DNA of 64,000 nucleotides, taken from contig JBPQGU010000016.1 in assembly GCA_051362555.1 (NCBI GenBank), positions 62,001 through 126,000 of the forward strand, in the 5' to 3' direction. This document shows positions 11,101 through 26,100 of the stretch, in pieces. The notes under the pieces were generated by a model. It was given only the letters and a program-made list of their open reading frames with translations. It was not told the DNA's origin and searched no databases. This DNA comes from Lingula anatina. Its lineage: Eukaryota; Animalia; Brachiopoda. The translations under genes were made by a program, and so were the position numbers. Position 1 is the first letter of the stretch; each line of letters opens with the position of its first letter.

Positions 11101-14100
11101 GAAAATTTCGCGTAAAACATATTTGGCAAAGAATTCCGCCGAGGAGATATCGTTTTTCTATCGAACACGGTTAACAGGTGGTATGACGTGCTGTTATACC
11201 GGAAAAGCTACAGAATCGAAACAAGTTGGATCGTATTCATTGATAGGCCTGCTCTGTACATTCCTAGTAATAAAGATGACTTCGGATGCTGTTATTTTCA
11301 TTTGGTTTTGCATTGAGATAACGTTTGGTTTCACCTTTGACGTTGTAGAGCACGATGACGTCCACAGCCGTTCACACCTCGGCGGTTTTAGTATTGAGTA
11401 GTCTTTACTCTTTCCAGTGTCGACTGCGGACATGCCCCGGGAAGTGTATGAACATATGAACAGTCTTGAGAACCAAGGGCCCAAGACAGGAAAGGAGGGG
11501 CTTAAAAAGACGAAACGGGTGCCTGATAAAAGGAGTGGAGGTGACGCGACTTTTGTATAAAATCAAAAGTTTTCTCTCTGCTAATCCCAGCAAAAAGATG
11601 GCACATTTTGACGGAATGCAAGCCATACGGAGTTAGCTATAGCTCAATTTAAGTTCAAGATCTGTGGCACCAATATAATGACTTTTAAGTGAAGAGAAAA
11701 GAAATATAATTGTCGACGCAGATGTAAACTTTCTAAAGTATACCGTATTATTATGCAAAAGGTAATTTGCTAAGTCCCACGGGCGCCCTCATTCGTTCTC
11801 GTCTGGTGGCATCCCGATTCAGGGGCCAGGTCGTTGTCGTGATGGACTGACCTGCCTCATCCGGGACTCGAACCCGTGACTTTGCGTTACCAAGGTTGAT
11901 GACGCTTTGGATGTGTCATTTGCATCCATGCACGCTACCGACTGCTCCGTGACTGACCCGCCCACCCTCCGTACGTGCGAGTTTCCTCTTATAGTAATCA
12001 ATCGCAATTTTTAAAAAGTTAATTCCGGCAAAAATATTGTCACAGTAGCTGCTGGGACTCGAACCGGCGTTCGAGCGACTGCCTGCATGCAAGACAGGAG
12101 AGTTACCACGCAGCCACGACAGCTCCTTAGTGGCGAAGTAATCGGATGGAAACTTTCAACCTCGTCACCGAAGGCGCCAGATTGGGTGCACATGTGTAGT
12201 CCTGCTGTCGCAATCGATAATCCGGGTGCCGCATTTCGGCCCACGCAACCCCAGTCACCGACATGAACGGTAAAATTCATGATGTACACGAAGCCGTGTT
12301 TGACAACCCGACTCGGAGCTCGGAGTTTGTTTTATACTAAGATTGATTTTGGCTTTACCCATGATATTAAAGAGTACAGTGGGATCAGAGGCGGTGCACA
12401 ACCGACGGGTTTTACTTTTAGCGAGACCATATAGGAGGAGAGAATTAATTAAAAAAAAAATACATTCAAGTGTTTAATTACTGGCGCGATTGCAGCCTTG
12501 GAAAATTTCGCGTAAAACATATTTGGCAAAGAATTCCGCCGAGGAGATATCGTTTTTCTATCGAACACGGTTAACAGGTGGTATGACGTGCTGTTATACC
12601 GGAAAAGCTACAGAATCGAAACAAGTTGGATCGTATTCATTGATAGGCCTGCTCTGTACATTCCTAGTAATAAAGATGACTTCGGATGCTGTTATTTTCA
12701 TTTGGTTTTGCATTGAGATAACGTTTGGTTTCACCTTTGACGTTGTAGAGCACGATGACGTCCACAGCCGTTCACACCTCGGCGGTTTTAGTATTGAGTA
12801 GTCTTTACTCTTTCCAGTGTCGACTGCGGACATGCCCCGGGAAGTGTATGAACATATGAACAGTCTTGAGAACCAAGGGCCCAAGACAGGAAAGGAGGGG
12901 CTTAAAAAGACGAAACGGGTGCCTGATAAAAGGAGTGGAGGTGACGCGACTTTTGTATAAAATCAAAAGTTTTCTCTCTGCTAATCCCAGCAAAAAGATG
13001 GCACATTTTGACGGAATGCAAGCCATACGGAGTTAGCTATAGCTCAATTTAAGTTCAAGATCTGTGGCACCAATATAATGACTTTTAAGTGAAGAGAAAA
13101 GAAATATAATTGTCGACGCAGATGTAAACTTTCTAAAGTATACCGTATTATTATGCAAAAGGTAATTTGCTAAGTCCCACGGGCGCCCTCATTCGTTCTC
13201 GTCTGGTGGCATCCCGATTCAGGGGCCAGGTCGTTGTCGTGATGGACTGACCTGCCTCATCCGGGACTCGAACCCGTGACTTTGCGTTACCAAGGTTGAT
13301 GACGCTTTGGATGTGTCATTTGCATCCATGCACGCTACCGACTGCTCCGTGACTGACCCGCCCACCCTCCGTACGTGCGAGTTTCCTCTTATAGTAATCA
13401 ATCGCAATTTTTAAAAAGTTAATTCCGGCAAAAATATTGTCACAGTAGCTGCTGGGACTCGAACCGGCGTTCGAGCGACTGCCTGCATGCAAGACAGGAG
13501 AGTTACCACGCAGCCACGACAGCTCCTTAGTGGCGAAGTAATCGGATGGAAACTTTCAACCTCGTCACCGAAGGCGCCAGATTGGGTGCACATGTGTAGT
13601 CCTGCTGTCGCAATCGATAATCCGGGTGCCGCATTTCGGCCCACGCAACCCCAGTCACCGACATGAACGGTAAAATTCATGATGTACACGAAGCCGTGTT
13701 TGACAACCCGACTCGGAGCTCGGAGTTTGTTTTATACTAAGATTGATTTTGGCTTTACCCATGATATTAAAGAGTACAGTGGGATCAGAGGCGGTGCACA
13801 ACCGACGGGTTTTACTTTTAGCGAGACCATATAGGAGGAGAGAATTAATTAAAAAAAAAATACATTCAAGTGTTTAATTACTGGCGCGATTGCAGCCTTG
13901 GAAAATTTCGCGTAAAACATATTTGGCAAAGAATTCCGCCGAGGAGATATCGTTTTTCTATCGAACACGGTTAACAGGTGGTATGACGTGCTGTTATACC
14001 GGAAAAGCTACAGAATCGAAACAAGTTGGATCGTATTCATTGATAGGCCTGCTCTGTACATTCCTAGTAATAAAGATGACTTCGGATGCTGTTATTTTCA

Positions 14101-17100
14101 TTTGGTTTTGCATTGAGATAACGTTTGGTTTCACCTTTGACGTTGTAGAGCACGATGACGTCCACAGCCGTTCACACCTCGGCGGTTTTAGTATTGAGTA
14201 GTCTTTACTCTTTCCAGTGTCGACTGCGGACATGCCCCGGGAAGTGTATGAACATATGAACAGTCTTGAGAACCAAGGGCCCAAGACAGGAAAGGAGGGG
14301 CTTAAAAAGACGAAACGGGTGCCTGATAAAAGGAGTGGAGGTGACGCGACTTTTGTATAAAATCAAAAGTTTTCTCTCTGCTAATCCCAGCAAAAAGATG
14401 GCACATTTTGATGGAATGCAAGCCATACGGAGTTAGCTATAGCTCAATTGAAGTTCAAGATCTGTGGCACCAATATAATGACTTTTAAGTGAAGAGAAAA
14501 GAAATATAATTGTCGACGCAGATGTAAACTTTCTCAAGTATACCGTATTATTATGCAAAAGGTAATTTGCTAAGTCCCACGGGCGCCCTCATTCGTTCTC
14601 GTCTGGTGGCATCCCGATTCAGGGGCCAGGTCGTTGTCGTGATGGACTGACCTGCCTCATCCGGGACTCGAACCCGTGACTTTGCGTTACCAAGGTTGAT
14701 GACGCTTTGGATGTGTCATTTGCATCCATGCACGCTGCCGACTGCTCCGTGACTGACCCGCCCACCCTCCGTACGTGCGAGTTTCCTCTTTTTGTAATCA
14801 ATCGCAATTTTTAAAAAGTTAATTCCGGCAAAAATATTGTCACAGTAGCTGCTGGGACTCGAACCGGCGTTCGAGCGACTGCCTGCATGCAAGACGGGAG
14901 AGTTACCACGCAGCCATGACAGCTCCGTTGTGGCGATGTAATCGGATGGAAACTTTCAACCTCGTCACGGAAGGCGCCAGATTGGGTGCACATGTGTAGC
15001 CCTGCTGTCGCAATCGATAATCCGGGTGCCGCATTTCGGCCCACGCAACCCCAGTCCCCGACATGAACGGTAAAATTCATGATGTACACGAAGCCGTGTT
15101 TGACAACCCGACTCGGAGCTCGGAGTTTGTTTTATACTAAGATTGATTTTGGCTTTACCCATGATATTAAAGAGTACAGTGGGATCAGAGGCGGTGCACA
15201 ACCGACGGGTTTTACTTTTAGCGAGACCATATAGGAGGAGAGCATTAATAATAATAAAAAAAATACATTCAAGTGTTTAATTACTGGCGCGATTGCAGCC
15301 TTGGAAAATTTCGCGTAAAACATATTTGGCAAAGAATTCCGCCGAGGAGATATCGTTTTTCTATCGAACACGGTTAACAGGTGGTATGACGTGCTGTTAT
15401 ACCGGAAAAGCTACAGAATCGAAACAAGTTGGATCGTATTCATTGATAGGCCTGCTCTGTACATTCCTAGTAATAAAGATGACTTCGGATGCTGTTATTT
15501 TCATTTGGTTTTGCATTGAGATAACGTTTGGTTTCACCTTTGACGTTGTAGAGCACGATGACGTCCACAGCCGTTCACACCTCGGCGGTTTTAGTATTGA
15601 GTAGTCTTTACTCTTTCCAGTGTCGACTGCGGACATGCCCCGGGAAGTGTATGAACATTTGAACAGTCTTGAGAACCAAGGGCCCAAGACAGGAAAGGAG
15701 GGGCTTAAAAAGACGAAACGGGTGCCTGATAAAAGGAGTGGAGGTGACGCGACTTTTGTATAAAATCAAAAGTTTTCTCTCTGCTAATCCCAGCAAAAAG
15801 ATGGCACATTTTGACGGAATGCAAGCCATACGGAGTTAGCTATAGCTCAATTTAAGTTCAAGATCTGTGGCACCAATATAATGACTTTTAAGTGAAGAGA
15901 AAAGAAATATAATTGTCGACGCAGATGTAAACTTTCTAAAGTATACCGTATTATTATGCAAAAGGTAATTTGCTAAGTCCCACGGACGTCCTCATTCGTT
16001 CTCGTCTGGTGGCATCCCGATTCAGGGGCCAGGTCGTTGTCGTGATGGACTGACCTGCCTCATCCGGGACTCGAACCCGTGACTTTGCGTTACCAAGGTT
16101 GATGACGCTTTGGATGTGTCATTTGCATCCATGCACGCTACCGACTGCTCCGTGACTGACCCGCCCACCCTCCGTACGTGCGAGTTTCCTCTTATAGTAA
16201 TCAATCGCAATTTTTAAAAAGTTAATTCCGGCAAAAATATTGTCACAGTAGCTGCTGGGACTCGAACCGGCGTTCGAGCGACTGCCTGCATGCAAGACAG
16301 GAGAGTTACCACGCAGCCACGACAGCTCCTTAGTGGCGAAGTAATCGGATGGAAACTTTCAACCTCGTCACCGAAGGCGCCAGATTGGGTGCACATGTGT
16401 AGTCCTGCTGTCGCAATCGATAATCCGGGTGCCGCATTTCGGCCCACGCAACCCCAGTCACCGACATGAACGGTAAAATTCATGATGTACACGAAGCCGT
16501 GTTTGACAACCCGACTCGGAGCTCGGAGTTTGTTTTATACTAAGATTGATTTTGGCTTTACCCATGATATTAAAGAGTACAGTGGGATCAGAGGCGGTGC
16601 ACAACCGACGGGTTTTACTTTTAGCGAGACCATATAGGAGGAGAGAATTAATAATAATAAAAAAAAAATACATTCAAGTGTTTAATTACTGGCGCGATTG
16701 CAGCCCTGGAAAATTTCGCGTAAAACATATTTGGCAAAGAATTCCGCCGAGGAGATATCGTTTTTCTATCGAACACGGTTAACAGGTGGTATGACGTGCT
16801 GTTATACCGGAAAAGCTACAGAATCGAAACAAGTTGGATCGTATTCATTGATAGGCCTGCTCTGTACATTCCTAGTAATAAAGATGACTTCGGATGCTGT
16901 TATTTTCATTTGGTTTTGCATTGAGATAACGTTTGGTTTCACCTTTGACGTTGTAGAGCACGATGACGTCCACAGCCGTTCACACCTCGGCGGTTTTAGT
17001 ATTGAGTAGTCTTTACTCTTTCCAGTGTCGACTGCGGACATGCCCCGGGAAGTGTATGAACATATGAACAGTCTTGAGAACCAAGGGCCCAAGACAGGAA

Positions 17101-20100
17101 AGGAGGGGCTTAAAAAGACGAAACGGGTGCCTGATAAAAGGAGTGGAGGTGACGCGACTTTTGTATAAAATCAAAAGTTTTCTCTCTGCTAATCCCAGCA
17201 AAAAGATGGCACATTTTGACGGAATGCAAGCCATACGGAGTTAGCTATAGCTCAATTTAAGTTCAAGATCTGTGGCACCAATATAATGACTTTTAAGTGA
17301 AGAGAAAAGAAATATAATTGTCGACGCAGATGTAAACTTTCTAAAGTATACCGTATTATTATGCAAAAGGTAATTTGCTAAGTCCCACGGGCGCCCTCAT
17401 TCGTTCTCGTCTGGTGGCATCCCGATTCAGGGGCCAGGTCGTTGTCGTGATGGACTGACCTGCCTCATCCGGGACTCGAACCCGTGACTTTGCGTTACCA
17501 AGGTTGATGACGCTTTGGATGTGTCATTTGCATCCATGCACGCTACCGACTGCTCCGTGACTGACCCGCCCACCCTCCGTACGTGCGAGTTTCCTCTTAT
17601 AGTAATCAATCGCAATTTTTAAAAAGTTAATTCTGGCAAAAATATTGTCACAGTAGCTGCTGGGACTCGAACCGGCGTTCGAGCGACTGCCTGCATGCAA
17701 GACAGGAGAGTTACCACGCAGCCACGACAGCTCCTTAGTGGCGAAGTAATCGGATGGAAACTTTCAACCTCGTCACGGAAGGCGCCAGATTGGGTGCACA
17801 TGTGTAGCCCTGCTGTCGCAATCGATAATCCGGGTGCCGCATTTCGGCCCACGCAACCCCAGTCACCGACATGAACGGTAAAATTCATGATGTACACGAA
17901 GCCGTGTTTGACAACCCGACTCGGAGCTCGGAGTTTGTTTTATACTAAGATTGATTTTGGCTTTACCCATGATATTAAAGAGTACAGTGGGATCAGAGGC
18001 GGTGCACAACCGACGGGTTTTACTTTTAGCGAGACCATATAGGAGGAGAGAATTAATAATAATAAAAAAAATACATTCAAGTGTTTAATTACTGGCGCGA
18101 TTGCAGCCTTGGAAAATTTCGCGTAAAACATATTTGGCAAAGAATTCCGCCGAGGAGATATCGTTTTTCTATCGAACACGGTTAACAGGTGGTATGACGT
18201 GCTGTTATACCGGAAAAGCTACAGAATCGAAACAAGTTGGATCGTATTCATTGATAGGCCTGCTCTGTACATTCCTAGTAATAAAGATGACTTCGGATGC
18301 TGTTATTTTCATTTGGTTTTGCATTGAGATAACGTTTGGTTTCACCTTTGACGTTGTAGAGCACGATGACGTCCACAGCCGTTCACACCTCGGCGGTTTT
18401 AGTATTGAGTAGTCTTTACTCTTTCCAGTGTCGACTGCGGACATGCCCCGGGAAGTGTATGAACATATGAACAGTCTTGAGAACCAAGGGCCCAAGACAG
18501 GAAAGGAGGGGCTTAAAAAGACGAAACGGGTGCCTGATAAAAGGAGTGGAGGTGACGCGACTTTTGTATAAAATCAAAAGTTTTCTCTCTGCTAATCCCA
18601 GCAAAAAGATGGCACATTTTGACGGAATGCAAGCCATACGGAGTTAGCTATAGCTCAATTTAAGTTCAAGATCTGTGGCACCAATATAATGACTTTTAAG
18701 TGAAGAGAAAAGAAATATAATTGTCGACGCAGATGTAAACTTTCTAAAGTATACCGTATTATTATGCAAAAGGTAATTTGCTAAGTCCCACGGACGTCCT
18801 CATTCGTTCTCGTCTGGTGGCATCCCGATTCAGGGGCCAGGTCGTTGTCGTGATGGACTGACCTGCCTCATCCGGGACTCGAACCCGTGACTTTGCGTTA
18901 CCAAGGTTGATGACGCTTTGGATGTGTCATTTGCATCCATGCACGCTACCGACTGCTCCGTGACCTTTCCTCTTATAGTAATCAATCGCAATTTTTAAAA
19001 AGTTAATTCTGGCAAAAATATTGTCACAGTAGCTGCTGGGACTCGAACCGGCGTTCGAGCGACTGCCTGCATGCAAGACAGGAGAGTTACCACGCAGCCA
19101 CGACAGCTCCTTAGTGGCGAAGTAATCGGATGGAAACTTTCAACCTCGTCACCGAAGGCGCCAGATTGGGTGCACATGTGTAGTCCTGCTGTCGCAATCG
19201 ATAATCCGGGTGCCGCATTTCGGCCCACGCAACCCCAGTCACCGACATGAACGGTAAAATTCATGATGTACACGAAGCCGTGTTTGACAACCCGACTCGG
19301 AGCTCGGAGTTTGTTTTATACTAAGATTGATTTTGGCTTTACCCATGATATTAAAGAGTACAGTGGGATCAGAGGCGGTGCACAACCGACGGGTTTTACT
19401 TTTAGCGAGACCATATAGGAGGAGAGAATTAATAATAATAAAAAAAAAATACATTCAAGTGTTTAATTACTGGCGCGATTGCAGCCCTGGAAAATTTCGC
19501 GTAAAACATATTTGGCAAAGAATTCCGCCGAGGAGATATCGTTTTTCTATCGAACACGGTTAACAGGTGGTATGACGTGCTGTTATACCGGAAAAGCTAC
19601 AGAATCGAAACAAGTTGGATCGTATTCATTGATAGGCCTGCTCTGTACATTCCTAGTAATAAAGATGACTTCGGATGCTGTTATTTTCATTTGGTTTTGC
19701 ATTGAGATAACGTTTGGTTTCACCTTTGACGTTGTAGAGCACGATGACGTCCACAGCCGTTCACACCTCGGCGGTTTTAGTATTGAGTAGTCTTTACTCT
19801 TTCCAGTGTCGACTGCGGACATGCCCCGGGAAGTGTATGAACATATGAACAGTCTTGAGAACCAAGGGCCCAAGACAGGAAAGGAGGGGCTTAAAAAGAC
19901 GAAACGGGTGCCTGATAAAAGGAGTGGAGGTGACGCGACTTTTGTATAAAATCAAAAGTTTTCTCTCTGCTAATCCCAGCAAAAAGATGGCACATTTTGA
20001 CGGAATGCAAGCCATACGGAGTTAGCTATAGCTCAATTTAAGTTCAAGATCTGTGGCACCAATATAATGACTTTTAAGTGAAGAGAAAAGAAATATAATT

Positions 20101-23100
20101 GTCGACGCAGATGTAAACTTTCTAAAGTATACCGTATTATTATGCAAAAGGTAATTTGCTAAGTCCCACGGGCGCCCTCATTCGTTCTCGTCTGGTGGCA
20201 TCCCGATTCAGGGGCCAGGTCGTTGTCGTGATGGACTGACCTGCCTCATCCGGGACTCGAACCCGTGACTTTGCGTTACCAAGGTTGATGACGCTTTGGA
20301 TGTGTCATTTGCATCCATGCACGCTACCGACTGCTCCGTGACTGACCCGCCCACCCTCCGTACGTGCGAGTTTCCTCTTATAGTAATCAATCGCAATTTT
20401 TAAAAAGTTAATTCCGGCAAAAATATTGTCACAGTAGCTGCTGGGACTCGAACCGGCGTTCGAGCGACTGCCTGCATGCAAGACGGGAGAGTTACCACGC
20501 AGCCATGACAGCTCCGTTGTGGCGATGTAATCGGATGGAAACTTTCAACCTCGTCACGGAAGGCGCCAGATTGGGTGCACATGTGTAGCCCTGCTGTCGC
20601 AATCGATAATCCGGGTGCCGCATTTCGGCCCACGCAACCCCAGTCCCCGACATGAACGGTAAAATTCATGATGTACACGAAGCCGTGTTTGACAACCCGA
20701 CTCGGAGCTCGGAGTTTGTTTTATACTAAGATTGATTTTGGCTTTACCCATGATATTAAAGAGTACAGTGGGATCAGAGGCGGTGCACAACCGACGGGTT
20801 TTACTTTTAGCGAGACCATATAGGAGGAGAGAATTAATAATAATAAAAAAAATACATTCAAGTGTTTAATTACTGGCGCGATTGCAGCCTTGGAAAATTT
20901 CGCGTAAAACATATTTGGCAAAGAATTCCGCCGAGGAGATATCGTTTTTCTATCGAACACGGTTAACAGGTGGTATGACGTGCTGTTATACCGGAAAAGC
21001 TACAGAATCGAAACAAGTTGGATCGTATTCATTGATAGGCCTGCTCTGTACATTCCTAGTAATAAAGATGACTTCGGATGCTGTTATTTTCATTTGGTTT
21101 TGCATTGAGATAACGTTTGGTTTCACCTTTGACGTTGTAGAGCACGATGACGTCCACAGCCGTTCACACCTCGGCGGTTTTAGTATTGAGTAGTCTTTAC
21201 TCTTTCCAGTGTCGACTGCGGACATGCCCCGGGAAGTGTATGAACATATGAACAGTCTTGAGAACCAAGGGCCCAAGACAGGAAAGGAGGGGCTTAAAAA
21301 GACGAAACGGGTGCCTGATAAAAGGAGTGGAGGTGACGCGACTTTTGTATAAAATCAAAAGTTTTCTCTCTGCTAATCCCAGCAAAAAGATGGCACATTT
21401 TGATGGAATGCAAGCCATACGGAGTTAGCTATAGCTCAATTGAAGTTCAAGATCTGTGGCACCAATATAATGACTTTTAAGTGAAGAGAAAAGAAATATA
21501 ATTGTCGACGCAGATGTAAACTTTCTCAAGTATACCGTATTATTATGCAAAAGGTAATTTGCTAAGTCCCACGGGCTCCCTCATTCGTTCTCGTCTGGTG
21601 GCATCCCGATTCAGGGGCCAGGTCGTTGTCGTGATGGACTGACCTGCCTCATCCGGGACTCGAACCCGTGACTTTGCGTTACCAAGGTTGATGACGCTTT
21701 GGATGTGTCATTTGCATCCATGCACGCTACCGACTGCTCCGTGACTGACCCGCCCACCCTCCGTACGTGCGAGTTTCCTCTTATAGTAATCAATCGCAAT
21801 TTTTAAAAAGTTAATTCTGGCAAAAATATTGTCACAGTAGCTGCTGGGACTCGAACCGGCGTTCGAGCGACTGCCTGCATGCAAGACAGGAGAGTTACCA
21901 CGCAGCCACGACAGCTCCTTAGTGGCGAAGTAATCGGATGGAAACTTTCAACCTCGTCACCGAAGGCGCCAGATTGGGTGCACATGTGTAGTCCTGCTGT
22001 CGCAATCGATAATCCGGGTGCCGCATTTCGGCCCACGCAACCCCAGTCACCGACATGAACGGTAAAATTCATGATGTACACGAAGCCGTGTTTGACAACC
22101 CGACTCGGAGCTCGGAGTTTGTTTTATACTAAGATTGATTTTGGCTTTACCCATGATATTAAAGAGTACAGTGGGATCAGAGGCGGTGCACAACCGACGG
22201 GTTTTACTTTTAGCGAGACCATATAGGAGGAGAGAATTAATAATAATAAAAAAAAAATACATTCAAGTGTTTAATTACTGGCGCGATTGCAGCCCTGGAA
22301 AATTTCGCGTAAAACATATTTGGCAAAGAATTCCGCCGAGGAGATATCGTTTTTCTATCGAACACGGTTAACAGGTGGTATGACGTGCTGTTATACCGGA
22401 AAAGCTACAGAATCGAAACAAGTTGGATCGTATTCATTGATAGGCCTGCTCTGTACATTCCTAGTAATAAAGATGACTTCGGATGCTGTTATTTTCATTT
22501 GGTTTTGCATTGAGATAACGTTTGGTTTCACCTTTGACGTTGTAGAGCACGATGACGTCCACAGCCGTTCACACCTCGGCGGTTTTAGTATTGAGTAGTC
22601 TTTACTCTTTCCAGTGTCGACTGCGGACATGCCCCGGGAAGTGTATGAACATATGAACAGTCTTGAGAACCAAGGGCCCAAGACAGGAAAGGAGGGGCTT
22701 AAAAAGACGAAACGGGTGCCTGATAAAAGGAGTGGAGGTGACGCGACTTTTGTATAAAATCAAAAGTTTTCTCTCTGCTAATCCCAGCAAAAAGATGGCA
22801 CATTTTGACGGAATGCAAGCCATACGGAGTTAGCTATAGCTCAATTTAAGTTCAAGATCTGTGGCACCAATATAATGACTTTTAAGTGAAGAGAAAAGAA
22901 ATATAATTGTCGACGCAGATGTAAACTTTCTAAAGTATACCGTATTATTATGCAAAAGGTAATTTGCTAAGTCCCACGGGCGCCCTCATTCGTTCTCGTC
23001 TGGTGGCATCCCGATTCAGGGGCCAGGTCGTTGTCGTGATGGACTGACCTGCCTCATCCGGGACTCGAACCCGTGACTTTGCGTTACCAAGGTTGATGAC

Positions 23101-26100
23101 GCTTTGGATGTGTCATTTGCATCCATGCACGCTACCGACTGCTCCGTGACTGACCCGCCCACCCTCCGTACGTGCGAGTTTCCTCTTATAGTAATCAATC
23201 GCAATTTTTAAAAAGTTAATTCCGGCAAAAATATTGTCACAGTAGCTGCTGGGACTCGAACCGGCGTTCGAGCGACTGCCTGCATGCAAGACGGGAGAGT
23301 TACCACGCAGCCATGACAGCTCCGTTGTGGCGATGTAATCGGATGGAAACTTTCAACCTCGTCACGGAAGGCGCCAGATTGGGTGCACATGTGTAGCCCT
23401 GCTGTCGCAATCGATAATCCGGGTGCCGCATTTCGGCCCACGCAACCCCAGTCCCCGACATGAACGGTAAAATTCATGATGTACACGAAGCCGTGTTTGA
23501 CAACCCGACTCGGAGCTCGGAGTTTGTTTTATACTAAGATTGATTTTGGCTTTACCCATGATATTAAAGAGTACAGTGGGATCAGAGGCGGTGCACAACC
23601 GACGGGTTTTACTTTTAGCGAGACCATATAGGAGGAGAGAATTAATAATAATAAAAAAAATACATTCAAGTGTTTAATTACTGGCGCGATTGCAGCCTTG
23701 GAAAATTTCGCGTAAAACATATTTGGCAAAGAATTCCGCCGAGGAGATATCGTTTTTCTATCGAACACGGTTAACAGGTGGTATGACGTGCTGTTATACC
23801 GGAAAAGCTACAGAATCGAAACAAGTTGGATCGTATTCATTGATAGGCCTGCTCTGTACATTCCTAGTAATAAAGATGACTTCGGATGCTGTTATTTTCA
23901 TTTGGTTTTGCATTGAGATAACGTTTGGTTTCACCTTTGACGTTGTAGAGCACGATGACGTCCACAGCCGTTCACACCTCGGCGGTTTTAGTATTGAGTA
24001 GTCTTTACTCTTTCCAGTGTCGACTGCGGACATGCCCCGGGAAGTGTATGAACATATGAACAGTCTTGAGAACCAAGGGCCCAAGACAGGAAAGGAGGGG
24101 CTTAAAAAGACGAAACGGGTGCCTGATAAAAGGAGTGGAGGTGACGCGACTTTTGTATAAAATCAAAAGTTTTCTCTCTGCTAATCCCAGCAAAAAGATG
24201 GCACATTTTGACGGAATGCAAGCCATACGGAGTTAGCTATAGCTCAATTTAAGTTCAAGATCTGTGGCACCAATATAATGACTTTTAAGTGAAGAGAAAA
24301 GAAATATAATTGTCGACGCAGATGTAAACTTTCTAAAGTATACCGTATTATTATGCAAAAGGTAATTTGCTAAGTCCCACGGACGTCCTCATTCGTTCTC
24401 GTCTGGTGGCATCCCGATTCAGGGGCCAGGTCGTTGTCGTGATGGACTGACCTGCCTCATCCGGGACTCGAACCCGTGACTTTGCGTTACCAAGGTTGAT
24501 GACGCTTTGGATGTGTCATTTGCATCCATGCACGCTACCGACTGCTCCGTGACTGACCCGCCCACCCTCCGTACGTGCGAGTTTCCTCTTATAGTAATCA
24601 ATCGCAATTTTTAAAAAGTTAATTCCGGCAAAAATATTGTCACAGTAGCTGCTGGGACTCGAACCGGCGTTCGAGCGACTGCCTGCATGCAAGACAGGAG
24701 AGTTACCACGCAGCCACGACAGCTCCTTAGTGGCGAAGTAATCGGATGGAAACTTTCAACCTCGTCACCGAAGGCGCCAGATTGGGTGCACATGTGTAGT
24801 CCTGCTGTCGCAATCGATAATCCGGGTGCCGCATTTCGGCCCACGCAACCCCAGTCACCGACATGAACGGTAAAATTCATGATGTACACGAAGCCGTGTT
24901 TGACAACCCGACTCGGAGCTCGGAGTTTGTTTTATACTAAGATTGATTTTGGCTTTACCCATGATATTAAAGAGTACAGTGGGATCAGAGGCGGTGCACA
25001 ACCGACGGGTTTTACTTTTAGCGAGACCATATAGGAGGAGAGAATTAATAATAATAAAAAAAAAATACATTCAAGTGTTTAATTACTGGCGCGATTGCAG
25101 CCCTGGAAAATTTCGCGTAAAACATATTTGGCAAAGAATTCCGCCGAGGAGATATCGTTTTTCTATCGAACACGGTTAACAGGTGGTATGACGTGCTGTT
25201 ATACCGGAAAAGCTACAGAATCGAAACAAGTTGGATCGTATTCATTGATAGGCCTGCTCTGTACATTCCTAGTAATAAAGATGACTTCGGATGCTGTTAT
25301 TTTCATTTGGTTTTGCATTGAGATAACGTTTGGTTTCACCTTTGACGTTGTAGAGCACGATGACGTCCACAGCCGTTCACACCTCGGCGGTTTTAGTATT
25401 GAGTAGTCTTTACTCTTTCCAGTGTCGACTGCGGACATGCCCCGGGAAGTGTATGAACATATGAACAGTCTTGAGAACCAAGGGCCCAAGACAGGAAAGG
25501 AGGGGCTTAAAAAGACGAAACGGGTGCCTGATAAAAGGAGTGGAGGTGACGCGACTTTTGTATAAAATCAAAAGTTTTCTCTCTGCTAATCCCAGCAAAA
25601 AGATGGCACATTTTGACGGAATGCAAGCCATACGGAGTTAGCTATAGCTCAATTTAAGTTCAAGATCTGTGGCACCAATATAATGACTTTTAAGTGAAGA
25701 GAAAAGAAATATAATTGTCGACGCAGATGTAAACTTTCTAAAGTATACCGTATTATTATGCAAAAGGTAATTTGCTAAGTCCCACGGGCGCCCTCATTCG
25801 TTCTCGTCTGGTGGCATCCCGATTCAGGGGCCAGGTCGTTGTCGTGATGGACTGACCTGCCTCATCCGGGACTCGAACCCGTGACTTTGCGTTACCAAGG
25901 TTGATGACGCTTTGGATGTGTCATTTGCATCCATGCACGCTACCGACTGCTCCGTGACTGACCCGCCCACCCTCCGTACGTGCGAGTTTCCTCTTATAGT
26001 AATCAATCGCAATTTTTAAAAAGTTAATTCCGGCAAAAATATTGTCACAGTAGCTGCTGGGACTCGAACCGGCGTTCGAGCGACTGCCTGCATGCAAGAC

